Of a DNA stretch of 41,668 nt, positions 12,601 to 22,424 are shown piece by piece. The position numbers and the translations under genes are program-made. Under the pieces are notes generated by a model, which made no database searches, had not been told where the DNA came from, and saw nothing but the letters and a program-made list of their open reading frames with translations. Position 1 is the first letter of the stretch. The number at the start of each line of letters is the position of its first letter. This DNA is from Folioceros fuciformis (Eukaryota): assembly GCA_049999805.1 (NCBI GenBank), contig JBNGIO010006409.1, positions 1 to 41,668 of the forward strand, given 5' to 3'.

Positions 12601-14160
12601 GGCCTACCAAGCGGGGAGCAAGGGTGGCCCTCGTGAGACGGCTGGGGGCAGGATTCGGGAGTCGGGCAGCGACCTGCGGCCTGGCTACAGGATCCTAAGC
12701 AAGGAAGACAGCCGGATTTGGGTTGTGGTCTTGGGCGGATCCGGCTGACTGCAGATGCAAGGGAAGGTGCCTGAGCCCTGGCTGATGGTTAGCTGTCTGG
12801 ATACGGGTTGCAGGGCACTAGATGAGTAGATCTGCTGGGTCATGGGCCTTGGCCCACAGAATGGAGGGAAGGGTCAGAAGACGGTGGGGCTTTGAAGGGT
12901 TGCAGGATGATTCGAGGGAAAGGGAGGAGAGGAGAGTGTTGAGGGGCACTTCGGATTCTTGCTAGTTGTGAGAGGCTAACAATGTTGGATAGAGGGCAAC
13001 CAGCGGTGTCCAAGGGGGTAACGGGCAATTAGGTGCAGGTTAGAGTTAGGCTTGGGCTAAGTTGCAATCAGAACTAGGCCTGACTATATTTAGGTCTGTT
13101 TAGTTTTAGGTCAGGCTTAGATTAGGTCTAGGTCAGGCCTAGATTAGGTCTAGGTCAGGCCTAGNNNNNNNNNNTAGGTCAGGCCTAGATTAGGTCTAGG
13201 TCAGGCCTAGATTAGGTCTAGATCAGGCCTAGATTAGGTTAGATCTGGGTTAGACTTAGGCTAGGCCTAGGTTAGATTTGGGTTAGATTTAGGTCAGATC
13301 CAGGTTAGGTCATACCTAGGTCAGGTTTAGGTCAGAATTTGGTTAGGTCAGAGAGAGGAGGTAGGGTAATTGATTCAGGTTAACCATAGTAGACAGAGAT
13401 AGAGGGTAGGCAGATAAGAGGGGAGACCTGCCATTGAGAGGGGGCGGTCTATGGCGTGATATCCCCGGACTTTGTGGGTAGAACTCCTGGCTTAGGGCGC
13501 TGAGCCGGTTGAGGATGACCCAAAGTCTTGATTCCCCTTGCCACTAGGGGAACGTGGGGATCCCGGGGCTGTTAAGATCCGTGTGGCCGGATCCGCAAGG
13601 GCTACATGAATCGCAGGTTGGCTGAAGTGAAGGAACAGGACCGTGAGCTGGGGGGGGCTATCCAGTCCTAGATCCACACTATGCTTGAAGGCTGCAAGAA
13701 GTGAAGCCATTGTGTCCTAATTTCCAGGGGGGGAAAAGCTGAAGAAAAGGGAGGGAGAGTTGGAGTGAAATGCATAGAAGTGAAGAGTGAGCTGTTGAAG
13801 TGCAGGAGTGTGTGTTGAAGTGGGGGGTGGAGGACTGAAGTGAAGAGGAAGGGACTGAAGTGGGAAGTTTGCAGAGCTGAGGTGAAGGAGAAAGTGGCTG
13901 AAGTGGAAATCAAGAAGAGCTGAAGGACTGAAGAACAGGAGTGTGAGTTGGGCGAGCTGACTTAGGGGGTAGGCTAGGCTTCTAGCCTTTTTGTTGTCAG
14001 TGTATGGACAGACCTATAGACCGGCTGATAGGTAGGAGTGTGATAGGTAGTGTTCCTTGGCACTAGTTCACTCCCTTGGGAGCGAATCATAGGACTGCAA
14101 CGACAATAGGGGAATGTGTGGCCCCTTAGGTGGTTCTTGGGTGCAAGAAATCATTCCACA
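9601..14160. mobile_element. Long solo-LTR-like insert 1 (4,560 bp including a gap) inside the Gypsy integrase-chromodomain linker
   Basis: Termini TGTGGA...TCCACA, perfect TSD GGAGG (9596-9600 and 14161-14165), no recognisable retroelement coding domains. Confidence 0.88.
13100..13350. repeat. 22-bp tandem repeat TTAGGTCTAGGTCAGGCCTAGA with degenerate flanks
   Basis: Visible tandem copies on both sides of the gap at 13165-13174. Confidence 0.9.
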
Positions 14161-14165
14161 GGAGG

Positions 14166-14431
14166 TTAGCCACAGTCTTCCCTCTGAACCCCTCCCGACG
14201 GTATCACCAATTCCCCACCAACCGACCCGCATCCTCCAACGTCGAGACCGGCACCTCCGGCACCGACACATCCGGCACCGACACATCCGTGACTTCCTGG
14301 TTGCGTGGGAGGGCGAGCCCGATTCAGCGGCAACATGGGAACCTGAGGATTTCTATCTACAATTCCCCCGTCTGCGTGAGCAGATTCTAGATGGCCAGGA
14401 GGACCCGGCCCCAGCAAGTGGGGGAGAATGA
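14166..14431 (+). pseudogene. Integrase C-terminal chromodomain of the Gypsy element
   Basis: RDFLVAWEGEPDSAATWEP matches the chromodomain pattern YLVKW.G.....TWEP. PPT AAGTGGGGGAGAA (14416-14428) abuts the 3' LTR. Confidence 0.88.
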
Positions 14432-14766
14432 AACATGATGACGAGCAGGCCACTCAAGTCATCCGCCGAGGAACCGAAGCTACCACGAAACAGGTAGTAG
14501 GAACCCTACGAAACACTCATGGTTTTAGCGAATACCCAATTGATACGAAATAATTAAACAGATACTAATTAAATAGATAAATGCCAGTATATAGGATATC
14601 CGGATAACTAAAAATTGTTATACCAGTAGAATCCCAAGAAGTAGGGTAGTTAGGCGGGTAGGCACAGCCTTCTTGGAACTGCTCGCACACATGTATTTGT
14701 AGCGAATCTGAACATGAAGAGAACGTCCAATTTCCCAAAGCCGGAATCCAGAGCTGCCCCGTAACA
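14429..14766 (+). repeat. Gypsy 3' LTR
   Basis: TGAAACATGATGAC...CCCCGTAACA followed by TSD CAAGT. Confidence 0.95.
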
Positions 14767-16123
14767 CAAGTCGTTGTTTTGTAAGGATCCTGTAGCAAGG
14801 AGTTCCCTTTGCGGGGTTTCAATGATGTAGTGACCATCCCCGAAGCATACGTAACAGCCTGAGAAAATAGGCCTGTAAAATAGGCACTGGAGGAAGATCC
14901 TCCAGCATAAAAAGTGTTGGATAATTTGCGTCTTGCTTCTTCTGTTAGCATAGAGCTAATAACTTTGTTGACTGTCAGGGGAGTTACTCCTTGAAGGGAC
15001 TACACAACACTAACCCAGGACTCGGGCAGCGTGAAAAGGAGTAGGGCTGCAGAAAGATCTTTGGTAAGGGTGAATCCAGTGGCCTTGAATTTTGTTGACC
15101 AGCTACGGAAGTGCATAGTATGTTGGTCGACGAGATCTCCCTCTTGCGTGCGCAGGTTGAAGAAGTGTGTACAGTGTGCATAATATTATATCGTGCAATT
15201 GCTGCCAGGCAGCTACTGTAGTGTTTGTGTTTTCGATTTGTTGGACATTCCCATGACACATAGCCTGGATGATCATGTTGTGTGCTTGTTGATTGGCGTC
15301 TTCCCAGTCCTCCTTTTCTTTTGTTGTTCCGTTGGTTGGGTAGGCTATGGGAACAGGGGGGTTGCCTATGCCTTCTACGTAGCCCCATAATTTTCTCTCC
15401 TTTAGGATATTTTTATCCTAAATTTCCATGTTGGAAAGTTTTGCTACTAACCATCGAACTTGTCTTCTTTGGACAGGCTGGTGTGGGAGGACATGGTGTT
15501 GGTGGCGTTCTAAACGCTGAAGATAGTGTTTCTAATTATACTAGATACATCTAATTGCATGGTGAGGACAACTTTGTAAGTTCGTTGAGGGAATTTGATG
15601 TGGGAATGTGATTCGCCTAGACTGTTGATTTTCTGTATTATTGAGGTTTGTGTTTCTTGAATTTCCTTCGCAGATGGGAGCATGAAGAGGTTGTGTTGTC
15701 TACATAGAGAACTGAGGTGAGAGATTACTTTCTCCTTGACATCTGTGAGTGAGATGGGAGCGATGATGTCTAGACATGTGGTAAATTCCCTTTTCATTGT
15801 TGATGGAAGAGGTATTCTACCTGGATGTATGAGAAGTCATAATCATTATGTTCTAGGTGACCTCTGAGGAGTAGTTCTTTGCCAATTAAAAAGTAGGACA
15901 CCACAGGTCCTAAACCAGCCATAATGACAAAGGTTTTCCTGTGCCTCTTTGAGGTATCGAATCTCTCTGTTGGACCTTTGCCATTGAAGGTATTTGGCTT
16001 TTTTTTCCTGCCTTCTTTGCAAGGCGCCTTAGCCTCTGATCACCAGGCACTAGGTCGCAATTGGCGGGGCATTATGGTGTGGCTGGTATGGATGAGATCA
16101 ATGGACCAGAGGGAAGGGATCCT

Positions 16124-16135
16124 GCTCTGATACCA
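16124..16135 (-). promoter_or_regulatory. Copia A primer binding site (Met-i tRNA)
   Basis: GCTCTGATACCA is the reverse complement of TGGTATCAGAGC. Confidence 0.9.
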
Positions 16136-16329
16136 TATAATTATCAGGATTAGATTTGCATTGACACGTGATCGTTAAGTACATAGGTGAAATGCTACGA
16201 GCATACTCGTAACCGTTCACTTAAGTTCGACTTTTGGTATCTAGTGTGTAGACCGAAACGTGCCCTAACCTAGGCAGTAGATATGCATTAATAATAGGCC
16301 CACCTTTGATACCCTACAGTCAGTGTTTG

Positions 16330-16540
16330 GGCAACCAGCATGTGCACCTCCATGCTCTTCTGAAAGGCACCAGTGCTGTGCACCAGCCTTTTTCAAGCAC
16401 AGCAAAGTAACATGGTCAGCGAAAATGAGGCCCTCCAGCTCTAGTCGTCCACACACAACTAGCGCTTCCTGTTCGAGCAAGCCCGTGCTTGGCATACCTA
16501 GTCTCATAGCATTCCAGATGGAATATTCTACTCGCACCTC
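16330..16540 (-). pseudogene. PLS-class pentatricopeptide repeat gene fragment
   Basis: Across frameshifts it reads SIWNAM..G/YAKHG..QEAL...RLELEG..DHVTLLCLK.A../STGAFQKSMEVHMLV, which resembles consecutive P and L motifs. Confidence 0.65.
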
Positions 16541-17330
16541 AAATGGACACCGAGATCAATGTACTCGTCGCTTCACAAATAAATCCTTCTTACAGACAGA
16601 CACTTTCGAAACTTTGCCTCTAATTACAAAATAGGTGTAGATGTGACAATAATGAGCATCTTGGCATTCATGTATGTATTATTTGTTGTAGGTTTCAAAA
16701 CATTCACTCATGACCATGGTGGTGTAGGGTTATTAAAGACCAATGTGTTTAGACTAATGTGTTTAGTCTAAGATTAGTGTCTAGTTAAGTATTCATTAGT
16801 TTAGATTAGCTTAAGCTAATCTGTAGGAAGCTTCTTGCGCAGCTTCTTGTGCGCTTCTTGTGAAGCTTCCTAGGGAGCTCTTCTAGAGGGTATAAATACC
16901 CCCTTGAGCTCCCTTGCATATTAAGACTCATTGTGAGAGTGTGACCTCTCTTTCTCCTCTCCTCCTTGCCTCCTCCTCTCCTCCTTCACCATGTAGCTTC
17001 TGGAGCTATCCTTCAAGTGGAACAATGCACATGACATTGGAGCACCATGGACCATTGGATCACTAACAGTGTGGTTTAACTTCTTCCAAACATGGCATAA
17101 GGAAACCTTGTGGCCAAACTCCTTACACACCTAGCAAAAGGGAACGTGGTGGCTGAACTTCGTACACACTTAACAAAAGGTAACATACGTTATCTACCTT
17201 TTTGGCTAAGGGCAGTTGGAGGCTTAGTGCCTTGGCATGTTGCTATTAAAACAACATCCTACTGGGATTAACATCAATTATTAGGACGAAGCAAACCTCC
17301 ACTGGCCTAGTAAGGTTGGTCGTAAACTAT

Positions 17331-17660
17331 GGAATTAATAAATTGGGACTATTAAAAGTCTCTCTCTGTGTACAATCGGCCGAAGGTGTTACAATTATTG
17401 TTATTATTAATTTTTAATGTTTGATTTGCTCTTTGATTTTAGATTGTAGAAGTGGTAAGACCAAAGTCTATTGCGGTAGCCATTAACTAAGTCTTGGAAT
17501 TAATAAATTGGGACTATTTGAAGTCTCTCTCTATGTACAGTCAGCCGAAGTTGTTACAATTATTGTTATTATTAATTTTTAATGTTTGATTTGCTCTTTG
17601 ATTTTAGATTGTAGAAGTGGTAAGGCCAAAGTCTATTGCGGTAGCCATTAACCAAGTCTT
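17331..17660. repeat. Two-copy tandem duplication of ~165 bp
   Basis: GGAATTAATAAATTGGGACTATT... begins at 17331 and 17496, and the copies are near identical. Confidence 0.92.
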
Positions 17661-18144
17661 AAAGCTTGTGAAAGAAGCTAAACTGCTTATAGGTCTAAAA
17701 GGGAAGGATCATTATCGAAGAAAACTCTAGAGAGGACTTTGACTAGGGTGTGCATGACTAGAGGAGTTATGTCAGATTGACAACTAAGGCAACAACAAGC
17801 ATAAGGAGGACACTTATTTTTTCTCCTTCTTTTGCTTTTTCCTCCTCCCACCAGCCCCTCCCTCTTCTTGTCTGTACACAGGTTGGCTGGTTCTTCATAG
17901 AAGAAATCACTCTAGCCTAACATTTTAGACTTTTCTCCATGCTCAAGCATTGTAACTCATGCACCCATCCATCCACTTGCCCGGTTGGCTGGTTCTACAT
18001 AAACGAAGTCACTCCAACATGACGTTTTAGATTTTTCTCCATGGTCAAGCATTATGTCCCATGTTTTAGACTTTTCTCCATGGTCAAGCATAGTGTCTCA
18101 TGTTTTGGACTTTTAATAGGGTTAATAAAGTCCAATGTGCTTAT

Positions 18145-18680
18145 ACTAATGTGTTTAGTGTAAGATTAGTATCTACTTAAGTACCATTAGTTTAGATTAG
18201 CTTAAGCTAATCAGTTGGAAGCTGTACCATTAGTTTAGATTAGCTTAAGCTAATCAGTTGGAAGCTTCTTGCGCAGCTTACGATGCGCTTATTACGCAGC
18301 TTTTCATGCGCTTCTTGCACAGTTTCCCATGCGCTTCTTGCGCAGTTTCCCATGCACTTCTTGCGCAGTTTCCCATGCGCTTCTTGCGTAGTTTCCCATG
18401 CGCTTCTTGCGCAGCTTCTTAGGTCCTAAGATTGGAAGCTTCCTATGACTCTAGTGGTAATTAGACCCTTGCTCGATGCCAGGACCTAAGACTCTAGTGG
18501 TAATGAAGACTCTTTCTCCTTAGTAGCTTGGAGGACCTAGGACTCTAGTGGTAGTGAAACTCTTAGTCCTAGTAGTAGTGAAGACTCTTTCTCCTTAGTA
18601 GCTTGGAGGACCTAGTGAAACTCTTTTTCCTTACTAACTTGGAGGACCTAGTGAAACTCTTTTTCCTTACTAACTTGGAC
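18145..18680. repeat. Minisatellite cluster: ~23-bp TTTCCCATGCGCTTCTTGCGCAG units, then GACCTAG/ACTCT units; 18145-18280 also repeats 16753-16845
   Basis: Directly visible tandem units. Confidence 0.85.
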
Positions 18681-19059
18681 ACTGATGTTTTACCTACTAT
18701 GAGTAGCCATCAGGGTCAAGGGTAGCCCTAGTGTCTAATCAAGATTTATCAAGATTTATAAATGGACCTAACCTTCTTGATGCATCAAAGATGTGCACGA
18801 GGTTCTTGAGCATAGGAAACAACTTGGCTATGAGGTTCTTGAGCTTAGGAAACACCATAGCATGAGGTGTTTTTTCCTTCTGAAGAGTTGAGGATCTTTC
18901 AAAATAAAATTTTAAGTACAGAGGGCCCGTAGATCCTATCAGAACCCCACGACGGAATAGACCGTGACGTGGACCCCATTTAGCGACCACGGAGGGTGCA
19001 TGCGTGCCCCGTATCACTCCAGAATCCCTAGGCTTCAAGTGTTAAGTCGGCAAAATTAC

Positions 19060-20855
19060 CTGGGCATGATTTTCTGCATACACAAGAGCTCTGCCTCCGG
19101 ACTGGGAATCGATTAAAGTCTCTACAATCTGAAATCGCCGTACCACATGCCGTTCGTTAGTTCACAAAACGTGAACCACACTCACGAAGAATTCCATGGA
19201 GTACAGGACTCTCAAATCTCACCTGACTCATACTCCATTCACTGTCTGGAACATTTTCAATGCGATACGACCACATCTCAGAGGGTGAGACGCTGGCAAA
19301 GTAGTCAAAGCCCAACCCGCCTTTACTGATGGGTTCAGTCAATCCTGGATACTGTGAGGCCTGTGGGAAGTCGCAATCGACTCAGCCAAGAGTGCTGGTG
19401 CTGTGCACACAAGCAATCCAGAATTTGTCAATTAAAAGAAGAGAGGCAGGATTGTGCATACATCCCCTGCAATTGTGACAATGTTCGAGTTGAGCTTGTG
19501 CAGCATCTCATTAGCCAGAACCACATACAGCAATGCATCTCTGTCCACGTATTGATTGCAGTAGCTGCACAACCAGAGAAATGTGAGAAAGAGCGATGAA
19601 GCAGTCTATGTAATTCGACCAACATGGAGCTCGTGCGAGCAATTTCCTGAATGACAGCAGCCTTACTCATTCAAGCCATTTGTGAACTCTGCAAATCCAT
19701 TGTGGTTGTAAAACATGGACTGCAGCGAACGGAAGTGGAAACCATCTAATTGACACTCTTCCACCCACCTGCCATGAGAAAGAAACGTGTGACTTCCAAG
19801 CTACCTTGCTCTAGATGCGAACTGCCTGAGAGAGCAAATTCAAACAAAGCATTCAGAAAGATCAGTCACACTAGAGATCATCGAGGCGGACTAANNNNNN
19901 NNNNCAATAACCACTTCAACTTTGATAAGAGGTCGCGAAGCACTTCGTATTCACCATAGTTGAATATGCGGGTGCCTGGATGTTTGTGACGCCCTCGCCG
20001 TCCTGCAATGCAAGGGTGAACTCAGCTGCTACAGTGAACGGGATGGTGAACGGACGAAAAAACAACCTAAGTTTTCTACACCAATCCTTGCAAGGCAGTG
20101 CACACTAACCATCATGGAAGTAACACTCATTAGCACTATCGAATGAAGAAAGGCCAACCATCTCGTCTGCAGCCGCATGTGAGTGGACCATAGTGTCCAT
20201 GATGAAAAACAGGCCCATTCTTGTTTCATCATGAACTCAAAACATGAGAAACGAAACGCTGACTTGATGTAAACTGGGCTTCAGTAGCAGGCTTGCAAGG
20301 AATGCCTAACGAACCATGGGCACTGTCAACCAGATGTTTGAAATCTTCTGGGGTTCCAAAGCGACTACTTACCGCGAACATATTCGTAACCTGCCCAGTT
20401 GGCAAATTCTACACATTAAATGGGCGCAGAATAATCTCAACGAACCTTCAAACATGAGGCACATGAAGAGCACAACAGGGTTGTACCTTATAGCCAGCAC
20501 TTGCATAGTCTACATGCTCCTGAATACCCATGAGCTGGACAGCGTTGTACCTAGACTTCTTGACAAGAGGAAGAGCCCAATTTGTCATAAAACATGGTTT
20601 CTCAGACTGCAAACTACATACTACAGACATTCTGAGCAGGGCACAAAACAAAGGCAACGAACCACCAGACTCAATCCATACTTGCCTTCGCAGTAAACTG
20701 TTGGAACATTGTTACACCAAGTTCTTCTCCACTTATTCCGACATGACATTCATAAATCCGTAATGGCTGTGGTCTCTTGGGACTCTTGTGCTGCCATTGG
20801 TGCCGCTGTTGAGGTGGATTCCACATACAGGCGCTAAATGTATTACTCCCAACAT
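19060..20855 (-). pseudogene. SBE3: Starch branching enzyme 3 clade (GH13) gene, nine central exons, inverted
   Basis: Spliced exons translate to [62 protein letters not shown]-like; YCNQYVDRDALLYVVLANEMLH; GGLGFDYFASVSPSEMWSY..ENVPDSEWSMSQ; IVETL...YAENHAQ. These resemble Arabidopsis BE1/EMB2729 as remembered. Both gene ends are missing. Confidence 0.9.
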
Positions 20856-21292
20856 CTGAATAGATTGGTTAAGATCAACTTAGCATCATCGTCCATCCCA
20901 CAGAACACATTCACATCCTTTGTCTCAGCAGGTTCAACCTGCCGGATATACAGGTCATTACATCTGCTGCTACAGGCATTAGAAGAACTTTCCTTACAGC
21001 ACACACCAATGCCATCAACATTAGAAGAAACCATCAGTCACAGAGTACAGGGTGTGGTTGATATGCTCACGTGGTTGCAGCGCATTCGCTCAACGTCGAG
21101 AAAGCTGTTGAGAAGGCTACCACGGCTAAAACGAGTATGCACCGCTTGCCGAAGTTGGAAACAAATATAGGAGAACAAATACAGCAGACATTCTCTTTGT
21201 CCATAGTTCACAAGTTGTGAACATTCTTTGTCCATAGTTCACAGTTCACATCCTAATAGTAAAAAAGGTTGCATTGAAATTTATGAGTCATC

Positions 21293-22339
21293 CTAATCTA
21301 TCAGTAAGGGATAGCCTAGAGAGTCAGCTATGCAAACTATTGCCGAAGCTTGAGAAATTGTTAGTGGAAACCTGGATATCTTCCATGATCCATACTGCCT
21401 TTCAAGTTGCGAAAGGACACGAAATGTATCGTCGTCAACATGGGCAGAAAGAATTTTGTACATATCCACTATGGCTCTAACTTGATCATCAATGGATTGC
21501 CAGCCTCCAGAGATCTTGATACACTGAAACAAATTCACATCTGAGGATAGAAAATACCGCCACCAATCAGCTCTGGTTCTTCTACCCTTGGTGTCTCCAG
21601 TTCTGATTCCTCTATCCATGGTGCCTCCATACTTCACCTTCAAGTGTTCTTCAAAGAACTTGAAAATGCCTGTCAAGTTGTTGGTGCCTTTTGCCGTTAA
21701 GAGATCGAATTCGAGATCCCGAATTCTTCGTTCACAGTGAGAAATAGCCTGATCCTTAGACCTCGAAGCTTCTATGGCCATCTGCGCGGTTACCTCCCTA
21801 GCCCTCGAAACTTCTATGGCCTGCTGCACGGCTAGGGAGGCCTCCTGAAAGGCTTGCTCCCTAGCCTGCTGCACGGCTTGCTCACTAGCCCTCGAAGCTT
21901 CTATGGCCTGCTGCACGGCTTGCTCCCTAGCCTCCTGAAAGGCTTGCTCCCTAGCCTGCTCACTAGCCCTCGAAGCTTCTATGGCCTGCTGCACGGCTTG
22001 CTCCCTAGCCCTCGAAGCTTCTATGGCCTGCTGCAAGGATTGCTCCCTTGCCCTCGAAGCTTCTATGGCCTGCTGCAAGGATTGCTCCCTAGCCCTCGAG
22101 ACCTGGATGGTTTCTTCAAGCATCTTGACTGAATCAATGAGCATCTGTTGCCTCTCGGGGTCCTCCTCTGTTCTCAACAGGTTCAACAGAGGGTCCATAT
22201 AGGAAGCTCTAACACTGAAAGCCTTGACATGCCTATCCCGAGCATAATCTCTTCTTGGCATACTCAAGCCCATGAGTGATCTAGAAGCAGAGCCGCTAAT
22301 CGGCACCAGCAAAGCCGCCATAGACAGAGACGCCTGCAT
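21293..22339 (-). CDS. Intronless 348-aa protein: putative organellar transit peptide, repeat coiled coil, unknown C-terminal domain
   Basis: Uninterrupted ATG-to-TAG ORF. N-terminus is Ser/Ala/Arg-rich and ends in VRA|S. The non-repetitive ~140-aa C-terminus is also open. Confidence 0.78.
   Translation of the reverse strand: MQASLSMAALLVPISGSASRSLMGLSMPRRDYARDRHVKAFSVRASYMDPLLNLLRTEEDPERQQMLIDSVKMLEETIQVSRAREQSLQQAIEASRAREQSLQQAIEASRAREQAVQQAIEASRASEQAREQAFQEAREQAVQQAIEASRASEQAVQQAREQAFQEASLAVQQAIEVSRAREVTAQMAIEASRSKDQAISHCERRIRDLEFDLLTAKGTNNLTGIFKFFEEHLKVKYGGTMDRGIRTGDTKGRRTRADWWRYFLSSDVNLFQCIKISGGWQSIDDQVRAIVDMYKILSAHVDDDTFRVLSQLERQYGSWKISRFPLTISQASAIVCIADSLGYPLLID
21760..22105 (-). repeat. 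In-frame 42-bp (14-aa) tandem repeat AIEASRAREQ(S/A)(L/V)QQ with in-frame variants
   Basis: Recurrent GCCCTCGAAGCTTCTATGGCCTGCTGCA on the plus strand. Confidence 0.93.
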
Positions 22340-22424
22340 ACCTCAACCGGCAAAGGCTTTCCGATTCTCCCACTACCTCTCACCCCTCACCCATTTAATG
22401 TCCAGAATTTTGCCAACTGAGCAG

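Larger units (their letters stand above)
4331..14766 (+). mobile_element. Full-length degenerate Ty3/Gypsy chromovirus-type LTR retrotransposon
   Basis: Two 338-bp TG..CA LTRs, perfect 5-bp TSD CAAGT (4326-4330 and 14767-14771), PBS, PPT, and domain order gag-PR-RT-RH-IN-chromodomain. Confidence 0.95.
2165..16318 (-). mobile_element. Degenerate Ty1/Copia element A, interrupted by a Gypsy insertion and truncated in RT by Copia C
   Basis: Minus-strand RT motifs (KARLVAKGYSQKYGFDYNETFS...LDIKTTF, ~2165-2460), integrase (IIDDLTRF, SDGGSEY, QNGVAERMN), GAG-pre-integrase (LWHARLGH, CSAC), gag end (VISSMLTEEARR), and a Met-i PBS at 16124-16135. Removing the Gypsy restores ...LLATGSLQNNDLYHLD. LTR limits (16136-16318) are tentative. 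Confidence 0.88.
16636..19016 (+). mobile_element. Long solo-LTR-like element 4 with internal tandem repeats
   Basis: Starts TGTAGATGTG (reverse complement of the end of LTR 2), has TATAAATA at ~16891 followed by a CT-rich tract, and ends GTATCA with a diverged copy of the shared terminal motif. Flanks ATAGG and CTCCA do not form a TSD. Confidence 0.6.

Noticed and set aside
9853-13913. ORFs inside solo LTR 1
   Set aside because: Low-complexity A/G/R/W-rich translations expected from G-rich repeats.
14565-14951. 128-aa minus-strand ORF as a gene
   Set aside because: Chance read-through from Copia A gag into the Gypsy 3' LTR.
19121-19126. TCTACA as the end of the LTR starting at 16636
   Set aside because: It lies within an SBE3 exon (minus strand IVETLIDSQSGGRALVYAENHAQ, 19060-19128).
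21854-22202. Plus-strand repetitive ORFs (LLHGLL.., MACC..)
   Set aside because: Antisense shadows of the 42-bp repeat in the 348-aa gene.
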